Of a stretch of 64,000 nt of DNA, positions 47,828 through 61,355 are shown in pieces. The stretch is from Vicugna vicugna (lineage: Eukaryota). Location of the stretch: NCBI GenBank assembly GCA_013265495.1, contig MU058781.1, positions 3,225,050-3,289,049 of the forward strand, given 5' to 3'. Position 1 is the first letter of the stretch; every line of letters begins with the position of its first letter. The translations under genes and the position numbers were made by a program. Under the pieces are notes generated by a model, which did no database searches, was not told the origin of the DNA, and saw nothing but the letters and a program-made list of their open reading frames with translations.

Positions 47828-50800
47828 GTAAGTGCCGGGGCGCGTCGGGGCGGCGGCGAGCGCGGGAGGCGGGGAGGTGGTTCTGCTGGTCCCCAGCTTA
47901 GGGGCACCTCCGGCGTCTCTGCCTGGAGAACTGCGGGGACAGCCGCCCTTTACCCAAGCGTGACGCCCGCCCGACACTTTGCAGAGTGCTGCCCGGAGCC
48001 AAACTCGTACCGCATCCGTATATAGACCATAAATGTAAATGCTCCCCGCAAAGAGGGGTTTGAAACAGTTAAAGGGGCAACTCTGGGATTTTTCTCTTGA
48101 AAAGGTGGGGGTTTAAGGGGATTTGTCCGGGGCAACATTATTAGCTTTAAAAAGATGGTTACACTCGCTTTCTTACTAGCTTTCTGGGCTTCTTAGCTGT
48201 TCTCCCATCCTTTCCTTATGATAGGATATAAGCTTTGCTGGGCTGTGTTACAGATGTGGGCTTCGGGTGAATTCACTTTGGAGAGGTGGTTTGGCCTCGG
48301 CCACAGCGCCCAGCGCCCCAGAGACTTGTGGAGTTGCTGAATGATGTCCGTTCAGAGTAAAACATGGCCGTGATTTTTGGAGTGCCGCTGCTGGCCCCTT
48401 TTGGAAGGATGCCTAAAGGCCAAAATGTGGGAGGTGGGGGAGGGGGCGTGCAGCGGCTTCTTCCAGGTGAGCCTTGTGTATGTGCGAGCAAGAGCTTCCC
48501 CCACCGAATCCGAGCTGAAGCAGGGCGGTGAAAGGGTGCCGGGCTGCCGGAGTCTTTGGGCAGAAAGAACCGGGCGGAAGCTTCTGCAGATGTGGACTCG
48601 CCTGGGTGGCGGTGCATTTCACAGGATCCAATAGGCGGTTCCGAAGCAGCTCACAGCAGACTCTGGAGGGCCACTGAAGGTCTCAGAAAAGTTTTAGGCA
48701 GCAGATTTTGCAGGGAGAGCATTAGCTACTGGCCAGCCTGAAGCTCATTGCCTGGCTTGACCACTCACACCTGCTTGGGCAGGCAGATTTTCCTGTCAAC
48801 CGGGCGGGGTTCGCTTGTTCCCTTTGGAAGGATACACGTTACTTACACTCCCTCTGGTTCCTTGCTGGCCGTCAAAGTGCAGCTTAATGAAGTGACTGTG
48901 GCTTGGCTAATGTCTTTTCAAAATTAGAGTCTTGCTAGCGTAATTATACTTTTCTTTGATTAAACTGCAGGAGAGGCTGTGCAGGATGGTACTAGGCATC
49001 CAAGAGGAAAACTGCCACCGTACAGGAGGAAGGCAGGCGCACAGAACGCAGGAAGGCAGCTCCTGTTAGGTTTGGGGGAGGATAGCCGTCTGTGAGCAGC
49101 ACACACTGCGTGTGTTTGGTCCTTTGGTTCGTTTATAAGCTGATGACTCCTGTGGAATATAAGTGGATTCACGGGATAATCCAAAGCCAGACTTACTTAA
49201 TGTAACAGAGAATGAGATGCAGGCTAGAATATTTATTAAATCGCTCTGTTGACTGAATTGCTTCTCAAATGGGTTACTTCCACAACCTTGGGGTTTATTT
49301 AAATTAGGACCTCTGAATGTTGCTACAGTCAGGAAAGGTCTGTATCTACACTCAAGGATGTGTATACTTATTAACACAATGCTGCTGCTTACAATATGCA
49401 CCATCTATACAGACTCAACCCCCCCAGAATATCTTAAGGAGCTACCTATGGATGGTCACATATCACCTGGAATGACTAAAGCCTTTAATTTTAAAGGATT
49501 CTTGTGTAGGGGAGACCTCATGTTGTGGTGTCTAACTTTCGCTGAATTCTACACCCACTCATCCTGCCTTCCAGTGTGTGGTGCTCTCCTTTAGTCGCTG
49601 AAATCAAATGAGGTCAGGAGCTTTAACCCTTCTACTTTTACTACCAAAGGCCAAAGCAGCATTGCCCACTGAGAAAGGAAAGGAAGTTCAAGTAAGTTTC
49701 ACTTTTTGCAAGGATTGACCTTGAAAGATAGTTTGTCATGAGTGGATGTTCTGTTAGCTAAGTTCTCAAGAAGCTGTTTTCAGTTTGAGTCATCTTTGCT
49801 GTATGCCGGGAGAGCCAGCTATTAAAGGAAGTGTGTAGTAAAGATTGTAGTAATGCCAACAGATTTGGTTGGGCCCCATGGAGGAGGACATTTCTTATGG
49901 TGGGGCATACCTGCGTTGTGTTCAGTACCATAAATGTGTTCATTTTCTCATTCAACACCAAGGGGGCCATTTAGTAGCTACCAAGGAAAATTCTGGTCCA
50001 ACTGGAAAGCCTTCACTTGAAATTTTACACAAGGAAAATTTGAGAGGCATTGTTCACTGAGTCTCATTCTTAATTTCTTCATATCTAAAATATATTTACA
50101 CAAAATATGTTTAAACATGCTGAAAGCAGATTTTAATAACTTTCAGCCTGAAGACAACATATAACTAAGAGTATTTGGCTGACAGAGAACAAATTTTAAG
50201 AGGAAAAATTTCCCTGGCGAGATGAACATATATAAAATCTAAAACTACATTTTAACACTTGTCACTTTACTCGAGTGGTTCTTGTTTCCCAACGTTCCTG
50301 ATGTCCACTAACTAGTACTAAAGATGTTTTGCTGACTTTATTTTTTAATAGAAAATTACTTTTTAAAAATCATAGAATGCAGTTCACCATTAAAGGCCAA
50401 AGACAGTTTGTATTTCCTTCATCTTTGTTGTTTTGGTTCAATACTGAAGCCATTTGCAGATGAGGAAACAGCTTATATAGCACTTCATTGTAAAGGCCCC
50501 ATTGTAAAAGTAGAACAAAGATTGAAATCCTTGTCTGTATTTAAAACTAAAGAGCTTTCCACTATGCCATCAAGTTGATTTTTTTTATATGATACCCATA
50601 CCAAATGTAGAGAGAACTGTGATGTGTGTGTGTCTGTGTTACATACATGTGTAGTCTTGATAAGCCAGGTTTATCAAGATACAGAACTAGAAGAAATTGT
50701 TCAGTTTCCTAGTACATTTAATTTTATCTGCCTTACTTACTTGATAGAGAGGCTGGCATTGGTAGGAATAGATGAGAAGAAATTTTTAGCTAAGTAGATA

Positions 50801-51559
50801 GAAGTTATGTACATTGTAAAACTACAAGAACCATAACTACATTATCACTGAACTTACATTGGAAGTCAAAGGGGAACATGACTTAATTTACAAATAGTTA
50901 AAAATCAACTAGGGAGAAATCTATTCAAGACAAGGTATTTCCATATATAATTTCATATGTATTTCCCATTCTCTTTTGAATTCCTTTTGAGCCTATTAGT
51001 AGTGAGGAATTATTGTAGGAATTATAATGTCACTAATAATTATATATTAAGATGTAACTTCAAGTAATTTTAATAGGAATAAGACTTTAAAAACAATTTT
51101 TAGAAATATTTTGAAGCCTCTATCTTATAATGGCCTATTTAAAAAGTAATCAAAGTAAATAGTTAGAAATAAGACGTATCGATTACAGCTGCTACTCAGT
51201 GCCTTTTACATGTGATTAATCAATATTTCAAGATTGTCTTCATTTCACTAAATATGATTTCTGTTCTTCAAGTATTCATATACAAATTGGCTAATCTGTT
51301 GACTCACTAGACACATTTCCAAATTTTGTTTTTGGGATTAGAAATATTTGACATGTTTTCTAATGGATTCCAGTATCTTTTAGAACAAAAACGGTTTGTG
51401 ATTATACTTCTGTTGCTCTGACTTACTTCATTCCGCAAGACAGCCTCTTTAGAAAAGAAAGCCTTGTGCGTTTCTGTGGGTCAGATCCTTCATTTTGCAG
51501 GTGAGAAAACTGAAGAGCATAAAGATTAGGTGAGCAGCCCTCCAAGATTCAACCGCCAT

Positions 51560-51815
51560 TTGGTGCCAGGGCTGCCAACAGAGCCTGTCCCTTGATGGAG
51601 GAAGAAGCCTTTAGTAGTAGTCTAGGGCTGGATCCTGGAATCTCACTGTCTGTCCTCAAATAACGGCTCCTCCACTTGCTGGCTGAATGGCTCTAGGATA
51701 CCGTGATACTATCTATTGCATGGAGTTGTGAGGATGAAAAGAGATACTTGGTTTGAAGCACTTAGCGTGATACCTGGCAAGAGAAAGTGCTCGAGAAGTA
51801 TGAGCTGTGAGTACT
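51560..51815 (+). mobile_element. MIR fragment (a second, antisense MIR piece lies at ~51480-51560)
   Basis: GGCTCCTCCACTTGCTGGCTG...GTTGTGAGGATGAAA...AAGCACTTAGCGTGATACCTGGCA. Confidence 0.6.
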
Positions 51816-52281
51816 AGCCTCTGTATTGTCACTGCCAAGTCCAGTTCTGTCTTGGGTTTTTCCTGCTGCTATACTGTACTCCTCGGTCTCTTCTGTGATT
51901 AAACGTCCCTGGATTAGGTCCAAGATGAAAACACCAGTTCTACTCAGTATTTAACGGTGAAAACATGTATTTCTAATAAAAGCAAGTAAAGTAAAAGTGA
52001 GATCGGGGAGGAGCTCCTTCAACATTATGTTATGTCAAAAGTATTTGGTTGTGGTGATTTTAGAGTTTTAGCGATCATAATCTTTTCTTCCTAGGTAAAA
52101 TGATTTGCATATGTATCTAAAAGCTCTAACTTGGGCAGAGAGTAACCCTGAAAAGAAAGGCATGTGCTCAGACAGTAGTGAAGAGGTGAAGAAGGGCTTA
52201 GTGGGGTGTTAGGAGGGGCTGTATAGAACTGGGGAATTCTAATGCAGTTGTACTCTTAAAATTCTATTAAAGTATCATGTA

Positions 52282-52445
52282 CAGACATCCCTCAGTATCT
52301 GCAGGGAGTTGGTTCAAGGCACTTTCTATGGGTACCAAAGTCCAGGGATGCTCAAGTCCCTTATGTAAAATGGCCTAGTGCAATGACTACAGTCCACCTT
52401 CTGCATCTGTGGCTTGTGTATCTGCAGATACAGAGGGCAGGCTGC
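52282..52445. mobile_element. MER2-like Tigger-derived MITE
   Basis: TA|CAGACATCCCTCAGTATCTGCAG at the left and CTGCAGATACAGAGGGCAGGCTG at the right form TIRs. Internal GATGCTCAAGTCCCTTAT. Confidence 0.8.
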
Positions 52446-53691
52446 ACTCACATAACTGAGCTATTGATTGATTCTGTTAACATTCATTTATAAAATTAGC
52501 AGCTTGTGTGTGTAGGGCCCCCTCAGGTGCCAACAGGTACAACAACCAGTTGTTGTCTCTGAAGTCTGGACCTTAAAGCAGCAGGAAAGTAAACTGCTAC
52601 ATTATTGGAGGAGGCCATTAACTGTGTGAGTAAGGCAGGAGGGCTTCCCAGAGGAGGTGATATTTGGACTAGGACCTAATGGAGGAGTTTTCTTAGATGA
52701 AGAGGGAAGGGCATTTTGGTAAGGAGAAAAAAAAATCACATTTAACTGCAACCGATTTAACTGAAAAGATATTTAACTGCTTGTTTGGGAGAGGAGAGAA
52801 GTTCCACAGGTAGAATTAGTGGAATGTGGAAAATGTCGTGGGGTAGTCTGGAAACATATGTTGGGGCAATTCCTTTTTTTTTTCCAACAATATATTTGTG
52901 AAGCATTTTTATGTACCAGGGTAAGCACTGGAAATATAAAAGTCAGTAAGACAGAATGGTCTTTACCCTCAGAGACATTATAACGTAGCACAGGTAGACA
53001 AACACATGCACAGACGTTTTTAAAGTGTGTGAGAGGCAGGTGTAACAAGCATTGTGACCTCACGTAGCAAGCATCGATGCCTATAGTGAGCATGATGTAC
53101 GAATAGAGAGATCAGGATGAGTTCCTGGCCTTTGAGAAACTCAGTCAAGTGAGGGACGTTGCTACGTAGAGGCAGGCTCAGGATCCTCCAGACACGGGTG
53201 GGGACTCCATCGTCTTGAGAGAGACCAGTGAGGTCATCAGGGAAGATGCATAGGATTAGGCTGGCAGAGCCGCCTGAGGGAGAGTCACTTGGGCAGGATG
53301 AAGAGCAGGTGGAGAGAAAGGTCAGGAGGCCCACAGGGGGCATCAGGTGTAAACTACTCAGGGCAGAGGTCTCTCGTCTCTCCTCTTCACTGCTGTATTG
53401 CCAGTGTCTAGAAGAGTGCACAGATAATAGGCATTTAAAAATGTGGTCAACATTTGAATATATATATTAACTTTTGATCTATTCAGTAACTCTATTCATT
53501 TATTAAAGCGACTGCACGGCCAGTTGTTTGGGATGACTGGGGTAGAACATACAGGCTTGGGAATGACGAGGAAGGAGCCTGGAGAAATAGGTAGAGGTCA
53601 GTCATGAAGGGCCTTGGTTACCACGTGGAGGAGTTGGGACTTGGTCTAGGTTGGGATGCAAGATGCCCTGGAGGATTTTTTTTAACAGCTT

Positions 53692-55415
53692 AAATTTGTT
53701 TTTTTAAATTTCAACTTTGAGGCATAATTGACGAAAAAATTTGTAAGATATTTAAAGTGTAAGATGTGGTGACTTGATATATGTATACATTGTGAACGGA
53801 TTCCTTCCATCAAGTTAATGAACACAGCCAGTACCTCTCATCTTTACCTTTTTGTGTGTAAGAACATTTAAGTTCTACTCTCGGCAAATTTCAGTTATTC
53901 AACACAGTGTTATCAGTGGTAGTCATCACGTTTTACTTTAGATCCTCAGAACGAATTCATTTTATGGCTGAAAGTTTGTGCCTTTTTACCAACGTTTCCC
54001 TATTTCCCCTGCAACCCAGTTACCACTTTTCTATTCTGTTTCTGAGTTTGACTTTTTGTTTCCATATGTAAGTGACACCATGTGGTATTTGTCTTTACTT
54101 GTCTAGCTTATTTCACTCAGTGTGATGTGCTCAAGGTCCATCCGTGCTGTCACGGATGGCAAGATTTCCTGCTTTCTCATGGGAAGGTTCCAATCTTCAT
54201 TCGTTGACTTGTTGATGGACACTTAGGTTGTTTCCATGTCTTGGCTATTGTGAATAATGCAACAGTGAATAATGGAGTGCGGATATCTCATCAATATCCC
54301 CTTTTTTTCATTTCTTTGGACATATACCCAGAAGTGGGATTACTGGATCATATGGTAGTTCTATTTTTAATTTTTTGAAGACCCTCCATTCTGTTCTTCC
54401 ATAGTGGCTGCACCAATTTACATTCCCACCAGCAGTGTACAAGGGCTCCCTTTACTCCATATCCTCGTCAATACTTACTTCTTGTCTTTTTTATAATAGC
54501 CATTTTAATAGGTGTGAGGTGAGATCTCATTGTAGTTTGGATTTGCATTTCCCTGATTAGTGATGTTAAGTACCTTTTCATGCACCTGTTGGCCATTTGA
54601 AATCTTTGGAAAAATGTCTGTTCAGATCCTCTGCCCATTTTTTAATTGGATTCCTTGGGGTTTTTTGTTTTTTGTTTTTTTTGCTATTGAGTTGTGTGAG
54701 TTATTTATATATGCTGAGTATGTATTTTGGGTATTAATCCCTGAGCAGATATAGGATATGATATATGATGCAGATATTTTCTCCCATTTCATAGATTGCA
54801 TTTTCATTTTGTTAATAGTTTCCCTTGCTTTGTGAAATCTTTTTACTTTGATGTAGTCCCACTTGTTTTTGCTTTGTGTGTGTGTGTGTGTGTGTTTGTT
54901 TGTTTGTTTGTTTTTGCTTTTGATGCAAGTTTAAAAAATCATTGCCAAAACCTATGCAGTGCAATAGAGGGACCTTACCCCTTATGTTTTCTTCTAGGAT
55001 TTTTTGGTTTCAGGACTTATATTTAAGACTTCAACCAATTTTTAGTTGATTTTTGTGTAGTTTGTAAAATAGGGGTCCAGTTTCATTCTTTTGCATACAG
55101 CTGTCCAGTTTTCCAATTATCAAAGAGATTGGCCTTTCCTCATTGTATATTCTTGGCTACTTTGTCATAAATTAATTGACCATGTATGCATGGGTTTATT
55201 TCTTGGCTCTGTGTTATAGTCCATTGATCTGTATGTCTTTTTATGCCAGTACTGTACTGTTCTGATTACTATAGCTTTGTAATACACTTTAAATCAGGAA
55301 GTGTGGTGCCTCCAGCTTGGCTTTTCTTTCTCAAGATTGCTTTAGCTGTTTGTGGTTCCATACAAGTTTTAGGAGTTTTTTTTTAAATTTCTGTGAAAAA
55401 TGTCATTGGAGTTTT
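53692..55415 (-). mobile_element. L1 (L1MA-type) 3' UTR plus ORF2 end, nested in an older L1
   Basis: TTTCCATGTCTTGGCTATTGTGAATAATGC, ATACCCAGAAGTGGGATTACTGGATCATATGGTAGTTCTATTTTTAATTTTTTGA and GATTACTATAGCTTTGTAA. Confidence 0.92.
54875..54915. repeat. Compound (TG)n-(TTTG)n microsatellite inside L1
   Basis: Read directly from the sequence. Confidence 0.85.
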
Positions 55416-55419
55416 AGTG

Positions 55420-56114
55420 GCTTTATTGAGATGTAGTTTACACACCATACAGTTCACCTATTTAAAGTATATAAATTTGATGACTTTTAATATATTCAGA
55501 GTTGTACATCTGTCACCACAATCAGTGTTAGAACATTTTCATTACCTCCCAAAAGAAACCTCACTCCCCTTAGTCTATCCCTCCACTCCTCTTATCTCTC
55601 CTGGACCTGAGCAACCACTAATCTATGTCTTGCTTCTACAGACTTCCCTATTCTGGACGTTTCACATAAGGGGGATCAGGCACCGTGTGGTTCTGTATGG
55701 TTGACTTCTTTCACTTACCATAACGTTTTCACGGTTCATCCACGCTGGAAGGCATAGCAGTACTTTATTTCTTTTTATCGCTGAATCATTGTAGGGGTAT
55801 GATACATTTTGCTTATCCACTAATCAGTCTCTGTCATTTCTGGTTTTTTTTTTTTTGGCTAGTATGAGTAATACTCCTTTGAGCATTCATGTACAGGTTT
55901 TAGTGTAGATGTGTGTTCCCATTTCTCTTGGGTGCGCACCGAGGGGTGCGGTTGCTGGATCAGAGGGTAGCACCATGTCTGGCCACTTGAGGAACCGCTA
56001 GGCTTTTTTCCAAAATGGCTGCACCATTGTGCATTCTCAGCAGCAATGAAGATAAAGTTCATTTCTCTCCATCTTTCCAGTGTTTGTTATTATCTGTGTT
56101 CTGGATTATAGCCA
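55420..56114 (-). mobile_element. L1MB-type 3' end (its tail is displaced to 53678-53691)
   Basis: GCTTTATTGAGATGTAGTTTACACACCATACAGTTCACC...AGAACATTTTCATTACC...GCAACCACTAATCTA. TSD CCCTGGAGGATT at 53666-53677 and 56115-56126. Confidence 0.88.
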
Positions 56115-56746
56115 CCCTGGAGGATTAAGAGAGAAAGTGAGAAGGTTATCAATTGGTGGTCAAAGAGCAAGTATTCAGTCCATTTAAGAAAGCCAGTAAG
56201 TTCAGAAAACCTAGACGTAAATATATTACACTTTATAATTTGCACCTATTATTTCGTTGTAATCATCAGAACAGCCTTTTAAGGTTTGAAATAGTGTTGT
56301 GACCATTTTAGAGAAGAGGAAACGGTGGGTCAGTGGTCCTGGCTTCCTCCTTGTCACCTGCTGATGCTGCTGTACCTGGGTTGTCTCTCCAGTTCTACCT
56401 GTGCAGCCAGGACTGGCTGCTTCTGAGATATGACCCTCTAAGAAGAGATTAGTTGCTTTGGCCAATAAGATTTAACTTCTTAAAGGCATTGATTAAATGT
56501 GAAAGTAATTCCTTCAAGGAAAATTCAGGCAGAAAGGAACACTGAAAGCAAACTGTCAATTCATTAAAAAGTGAAAGGGGACATGATGTGGTAAAGAGTG
56601 TGTTTGGTTAGAATGAGGAAGCCTCAGGGACCACTGATGCCCTCTGCCCACTCTTGAGTTACCTCTGTCTTGAGTGTCTTCCACCTGTGAGATAAATTTA
56701 CGTCTCTTCGCTAAAGATTGTTGAGATGCCTAAAACTTATCTAGAG

Positions 56747-57055
56747 CAGGAGTTTGTAACCTGTGGTCTGTAAGTCCTCCACCTGGTTTTGTAGTTGAGA
56801 ATGTTTTTTACAATTACAAATGGCTAACCGAAATCAAAAGAAGAATACTTTGTGACACAAGACACTTGCATGAAATTCAGATGTCAGTGTCCATAAATAA
56901 CATTTTGTTGGAACACAGCCAAGCACAATCGTTTACGTACCGTCCATGGTGGCTTTTGCGTTGAAACTGCAGAGTTGAGGGGCTGCCCGAGAGACCCGCA
57001 AACCCTAAAATACTTTACTCTCTAGCCCTTATCAAACAAAATCCTCCCAACCCTG
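56747..57055. mobile_element. MER58B-like hAT-Charlie MITE
   Basis: AATCAAAAGAAGAATA...ATGAAATTCAGATGTCAGTGTCCATAAATAA...TTGGAACACAGCCA...CTAAAATACTTTACT. Confidence 0.85.
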
Positions 57056-60000
57056 ATAGATCACAGCTCCTATAATTAGGAGATATGGCTGCTGAACCAT
57101 CCTGGCACCGCATTTAATCTTAGAATTGACAGGGATTCCAATCACATGTCATTCACCAGAACTGCAGTTTTAGTCTTTTTAAAAGGCTCCTTGATGTCCT
57201 AGTGTACGCAGAGGGACAGATTTAAAATTAAAATCAACCTGACAAGAAACAACTCATCGAAGGAGGGTTGGTGGAGTAGCTTTGCTGTCCCCACCCCCAC
57301 CCTGACCTTTATGTGGGCTTCAGGCTGGTGCATGTGACAAAGGGGATGGATTTCTAATCCCCACTGAAGAGCTAACCTTCTTGCCTCTGTTACTGTTTCG
57401 GTGTGAACTTTAGAACAGTCGCCTCTGCTGTTTTGGCACATGGAGCTGTGCCTTCCCAGTAATTATTTTGCAACCCACCAAGTAATTGTAAACTCAAATA
57501 ATTATCTTCTGAACAAGCTGGAACCTCAGCAGGGACTCTTGGGAGGGGAAAAAAATTTCCTGTTCTTTAACTTTCATTTTTAGGACTGTAACCTTCTGCT
57601 CCCATTCCCCTCTTAGCTTAGTTCTTGTGTTATTTCAAGTATAACCGTGGTCTTCAGTGAAGCACCAGCTGCTTCTGATGCGACCTTCTTAAAACAGTGC
57701 TCCAAGGTTATAATTGGAAAGACAGAGGAGCAAGCAAGAAAAGAGAAGCGCAAAGCCTGATTGAATTGAGGTAATAGGAAATAAACTTTAAAAGGGGAGT
57801 AACAGCCTACGGACTCTATTGCTGGTTGGTTGGAATTATTCAGGAGAGCTGCATTGTAGTGAGGCCTCCAGATTCTGAAGGTGTTCCCAGTAAGAGCTGG
57901 CACCAGGATTTCCTGGCACCAAGTGAGGAGTGAAATCTGCCACACAGTTAGCGACCATCCGTCACCGACAGGCTGGGCATGTACCAGAACTGGCTGATTT
58001 CTAGAGAGACTTAAAGTCTGTTTATGGCAGCACATAGTGCAGGTTACGTTTATATGTTTGGAAACGTCGTTGTCGGATAAGCTGGGCTACTCCACCTGAT
58101 GAGAGGATGTCTCCAGAACAGGTCTTGGCTGTGGGCGCCGTGGTGGGTCTGCCATGCGTTCAGGAATGACCCTCCCCAGATTTCAGCAACTCACTGATTG
58201 ATGGGTCCCTTTGCCAGCTCACTTAAAAAAACCAAACAGGCCACAGACAGGGGCTTATCATCCCCCAGATGAACACATAGTGAACCTTTTTGCTTGCCCG
58301 AAGCTCTACTGTTTTCATGTCCAGAATGAACAGTTCGCTGCAGCTTCCAGCTAGCCATGATATGAATTATTCACGCACTATTAAGCAGCCTGTGGTCAGA
58401 ACACCACTACCCAAAGTAAAACTGAATTCAGAGGAGCAGATTTTAATATTTGCAGTGGAAGTGAAGATGATGGGCTACTGGGCCCTTCCCATCCTTGCCC
58501 CGGTCTTTGAGGCGGAAGCATGAACGTGAATACAGATTTCTTGTGCTAAGACAATAGGAATAGCTCGGAGTACTGGTGAGTGTGTAGTCATTGGACCATG
58601 TGCCTAGGTTAATTTTTCCCAAGTTTTTCTAGAAGGCGGAAGAGGGAAGACATAGAGAAAGGAGTCTCTATATTCAAGGAATAAAAGACAAGAGATATGA
58701 CCAAAGATGAGAGTTACTCTTTGGAAGAGGAAACTTACAAGTACCTTAGAAGACTCCTATATATAAACCATGATTATTGTATTTCTAGAATACAAATGTC
58801 AGCTCATAATGGGACATTATATCCCAAATTTTTACCCTATGAAGATGATGAAACTTCCAATAGAGCAGTTTGTGACATGAATAAGATTTAACCAAATAAG
58901 TTAATAGGTTTTTGCGTGTATGTGTTTGGGTATACCGCAGGCTAGAGTTAATTTTGGGGAAAATGTGTATATTGGCTGAAGATGTGCATTGCATCATGTA
59001 TAAATGGGTAGTAACCTAACAATTTTAGGTTCAAATTATTTCAAGAGGAATGTTTAATCTCATGCCAACATTAATAATCACCTCTTTTAAAAAAAAGCAA
59101 CTGCTCAAAATCAAGTTGGATCAGGTATATTGTCCATCTTGCTTCTTTCTTAACATTGTTGATGGAACATTGTTGAAATTCACCATTGGATTTATAGGCA
59201 AGTGTTGAGGACCAAACAGAAATGACACTTCGCACTTAACCATAAGTATGATGGATGGGTCTGTGTGTGTTACTAGTTTAAAGTACATAAGTCACCATGA
59301 ATGAAATGGCACAAATTTACTTTGAAAATGTCATGGCCTAAATTAAAGTTAAGATTTAACTGGGAGGATTCCCACCATGCTTTTAGAAAGCAAACACAGC
59401 TTATTTTTATTGCAAAATCCTAGGAGTGCAGTTCCTGGCAGTGTTTACCAGAGAGAAGGAATTAGCAGCCTCCAGGGGAGGTTTAGGGAAACAAAGCATC
59501 CTCTGGGAATCAGGCTTCTCGGTCTCGGTGCCAGTAGCCTTGGCACAAATTGTCCTCAGGCAGATCACTTAGTCTCAGCCTCTGTTTCCCTTCCCTGCGG
59601 AAGGGGATGAAGGAGAGGAGGATCATACTTGTTTTTTCCAGAATATTCAGGAAGCTTCTGGAAATCTTTCAAAAATAGAAAACACAGTGGGTTTTGTGCT
59701 TTTAAATCTGTTTGTACTGGCTTCCTCATTCCAAAGGGTTGAAGGAACTGAGTTCGTGTTCTCCTCTCTGTTCACGGTGACGGTGGAAGGACGGAGACCG
59801 GGGCAGGCTATGTGACTTGTAGGGCTGGGAAGATGAGAGATGCTTTCTCTCAAGGTGAAAGAGCAGAGGGATCCCCTGAGCTCGGTGAACAGACGACTCC
59901 GCCATCTACTTCTGGCTGCGCGTGGCCTCCCTGCGACACCCAGCTGAGCCCTGTTCAGACACACAGGTGACAGAGCTGTGGCCGGCTCTGAAGAGCAGTC

Positions 60001-61355
60001 TCCTGAAGGCTGTTTGAGAGACCCAGGCGCCTTGCCCAAAAGACAAAGGCTGCTCGGACTTTAGCCAGAGTGGGTGGGCTCAGGTCCCCTAGGGAGTACA
60101 GATCCTCTTCAGAATTCAGCCCTCTGCTATCCAACTAAATCCATAAGTATCACACCATTTTTTTAAATGCACAAATGTGTGTATGACTTAGGGATAAAAG
60201 ATGTTAGAGTGGACTGTGGACTCGTCAGAAAGTGGTACTTTGTAAATCCGGGTACTTTGTACCTTCACCTTCACTCTTAATTTACTCCCTCCCTTTGCTT
60301 CCTTATAGACATATTTTGTTGGTTCTTTTGCTCCTCCCCAACACACAAAAGTTTAAATTAGCCTTACTGCTTGTGGGAAAATACTAATTTTCTTCCTGGT
60401 GTCTACATGCATTGCAGTCTGTACTGTTAGAACCAGTCCAGGGTAATAAGTCGGAAAAGACAAGCTCTTCCATGCCATTTGGAAGTATGGTCTGCCCAAA
60501 TTCCAGGGTCTGGGCTGTGCCAACAGAGACCTGCAGAAGCACCGATCCTCCTGCCAAAGGCGTCTGACGGTGACAGAGGCTGTGCCCTGCTTCTCTGCTG
60601 TGTAGCGACCCAGAGCAGCTCTGACTGCAGTGTGAGAAACTTTGAAAACTCACGTTCCAAAGTTCCATGTTGAAATTTTTGTCAACTTTAGTGACATGTT
60701 TTCCAAAACATGTTCCACCTGACACATGCTCCATAAGTTGGTAATAGTGTGTGAAATATTTCAAGAGCAAACTAATTTGGAAAACTGAGCTTAAAGTTAA
60801 GTTGACCCCTGAGCCCTTGGTGTGCCCATGGGCATAGTGAAACTTCAAAAATGGGGTGTAGATACTTCTTTACCCAAACTTACTTTATCACACACAGTGG
60901 GGTTTTTTGGGGGGAGGCGGCTGGAGGTGGGATGGGGTGGTAGGCAGGGTGAGAGAGCGTCACAGATGATGAATGAACACCCTAGAGAAAAATGTACTGC
61001 TGTAGAACCCTCCCATGGAAAGTACTGCGTGGATGGAACGTTTCCCGCTTGTGAGAAATACAGAACCGCACGCAGAACCCTGAGGTTCGTTGATGAATTT
61101 TTCTTTCTGACCAGAAGCTGATGGCACTGAAATTTGCATAGTAACTGAGAAGAAATACTTGCACTTTTGCGAAGCATGTTTATTGAGTGATTTTCGGTTA
61201 AAAGGGCAATCGATGCAAATCAGACTCTCATATTTATTGTATCTTTGCTTCAGTTAATCTAAGAATTAGGTGCATCTTCTGTTTCCCTAGTCAGGCTATG
61301 TGGCGGAACCATATGGCAGGGCTGGGCCTCCAGAGACCTGCAATCTGATGTAGGC

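Larger units (their letters stand above)
47190..48020 (+). promoter_or_regulatory. CpG island promoter
   Basis: Abrupt high GC and CpG density against CpG-depleted flanks. E-box CACGTG 47295-47300, ETS-type CTTCCGG at 47352, inverted CCAAT 47386-47390 and GC box CCCGCCCC 47442-47449. A CpG shoulder extends to ~48650. Confidence 0.92.

Noticed and set aside
47828..47901. C-terminal part of the 47335..47901 ORF as coding
   Set aside because: It lies after the perfect GTAAGT donor and is best read as intron.
54560..56062. ORFs with L1 ORF2-like wording (also 522-1433 and 35072-35263)
   Set aside because: Frameshifted remnants of old L1 elements, not host genes.
58697..58891. 64-aa ATG ORF with superficially protein-like composition
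   Set aside because: I recognise no family, and see no convincing splice sites, poly(A) tail or TSD. The length is within chance expectation.
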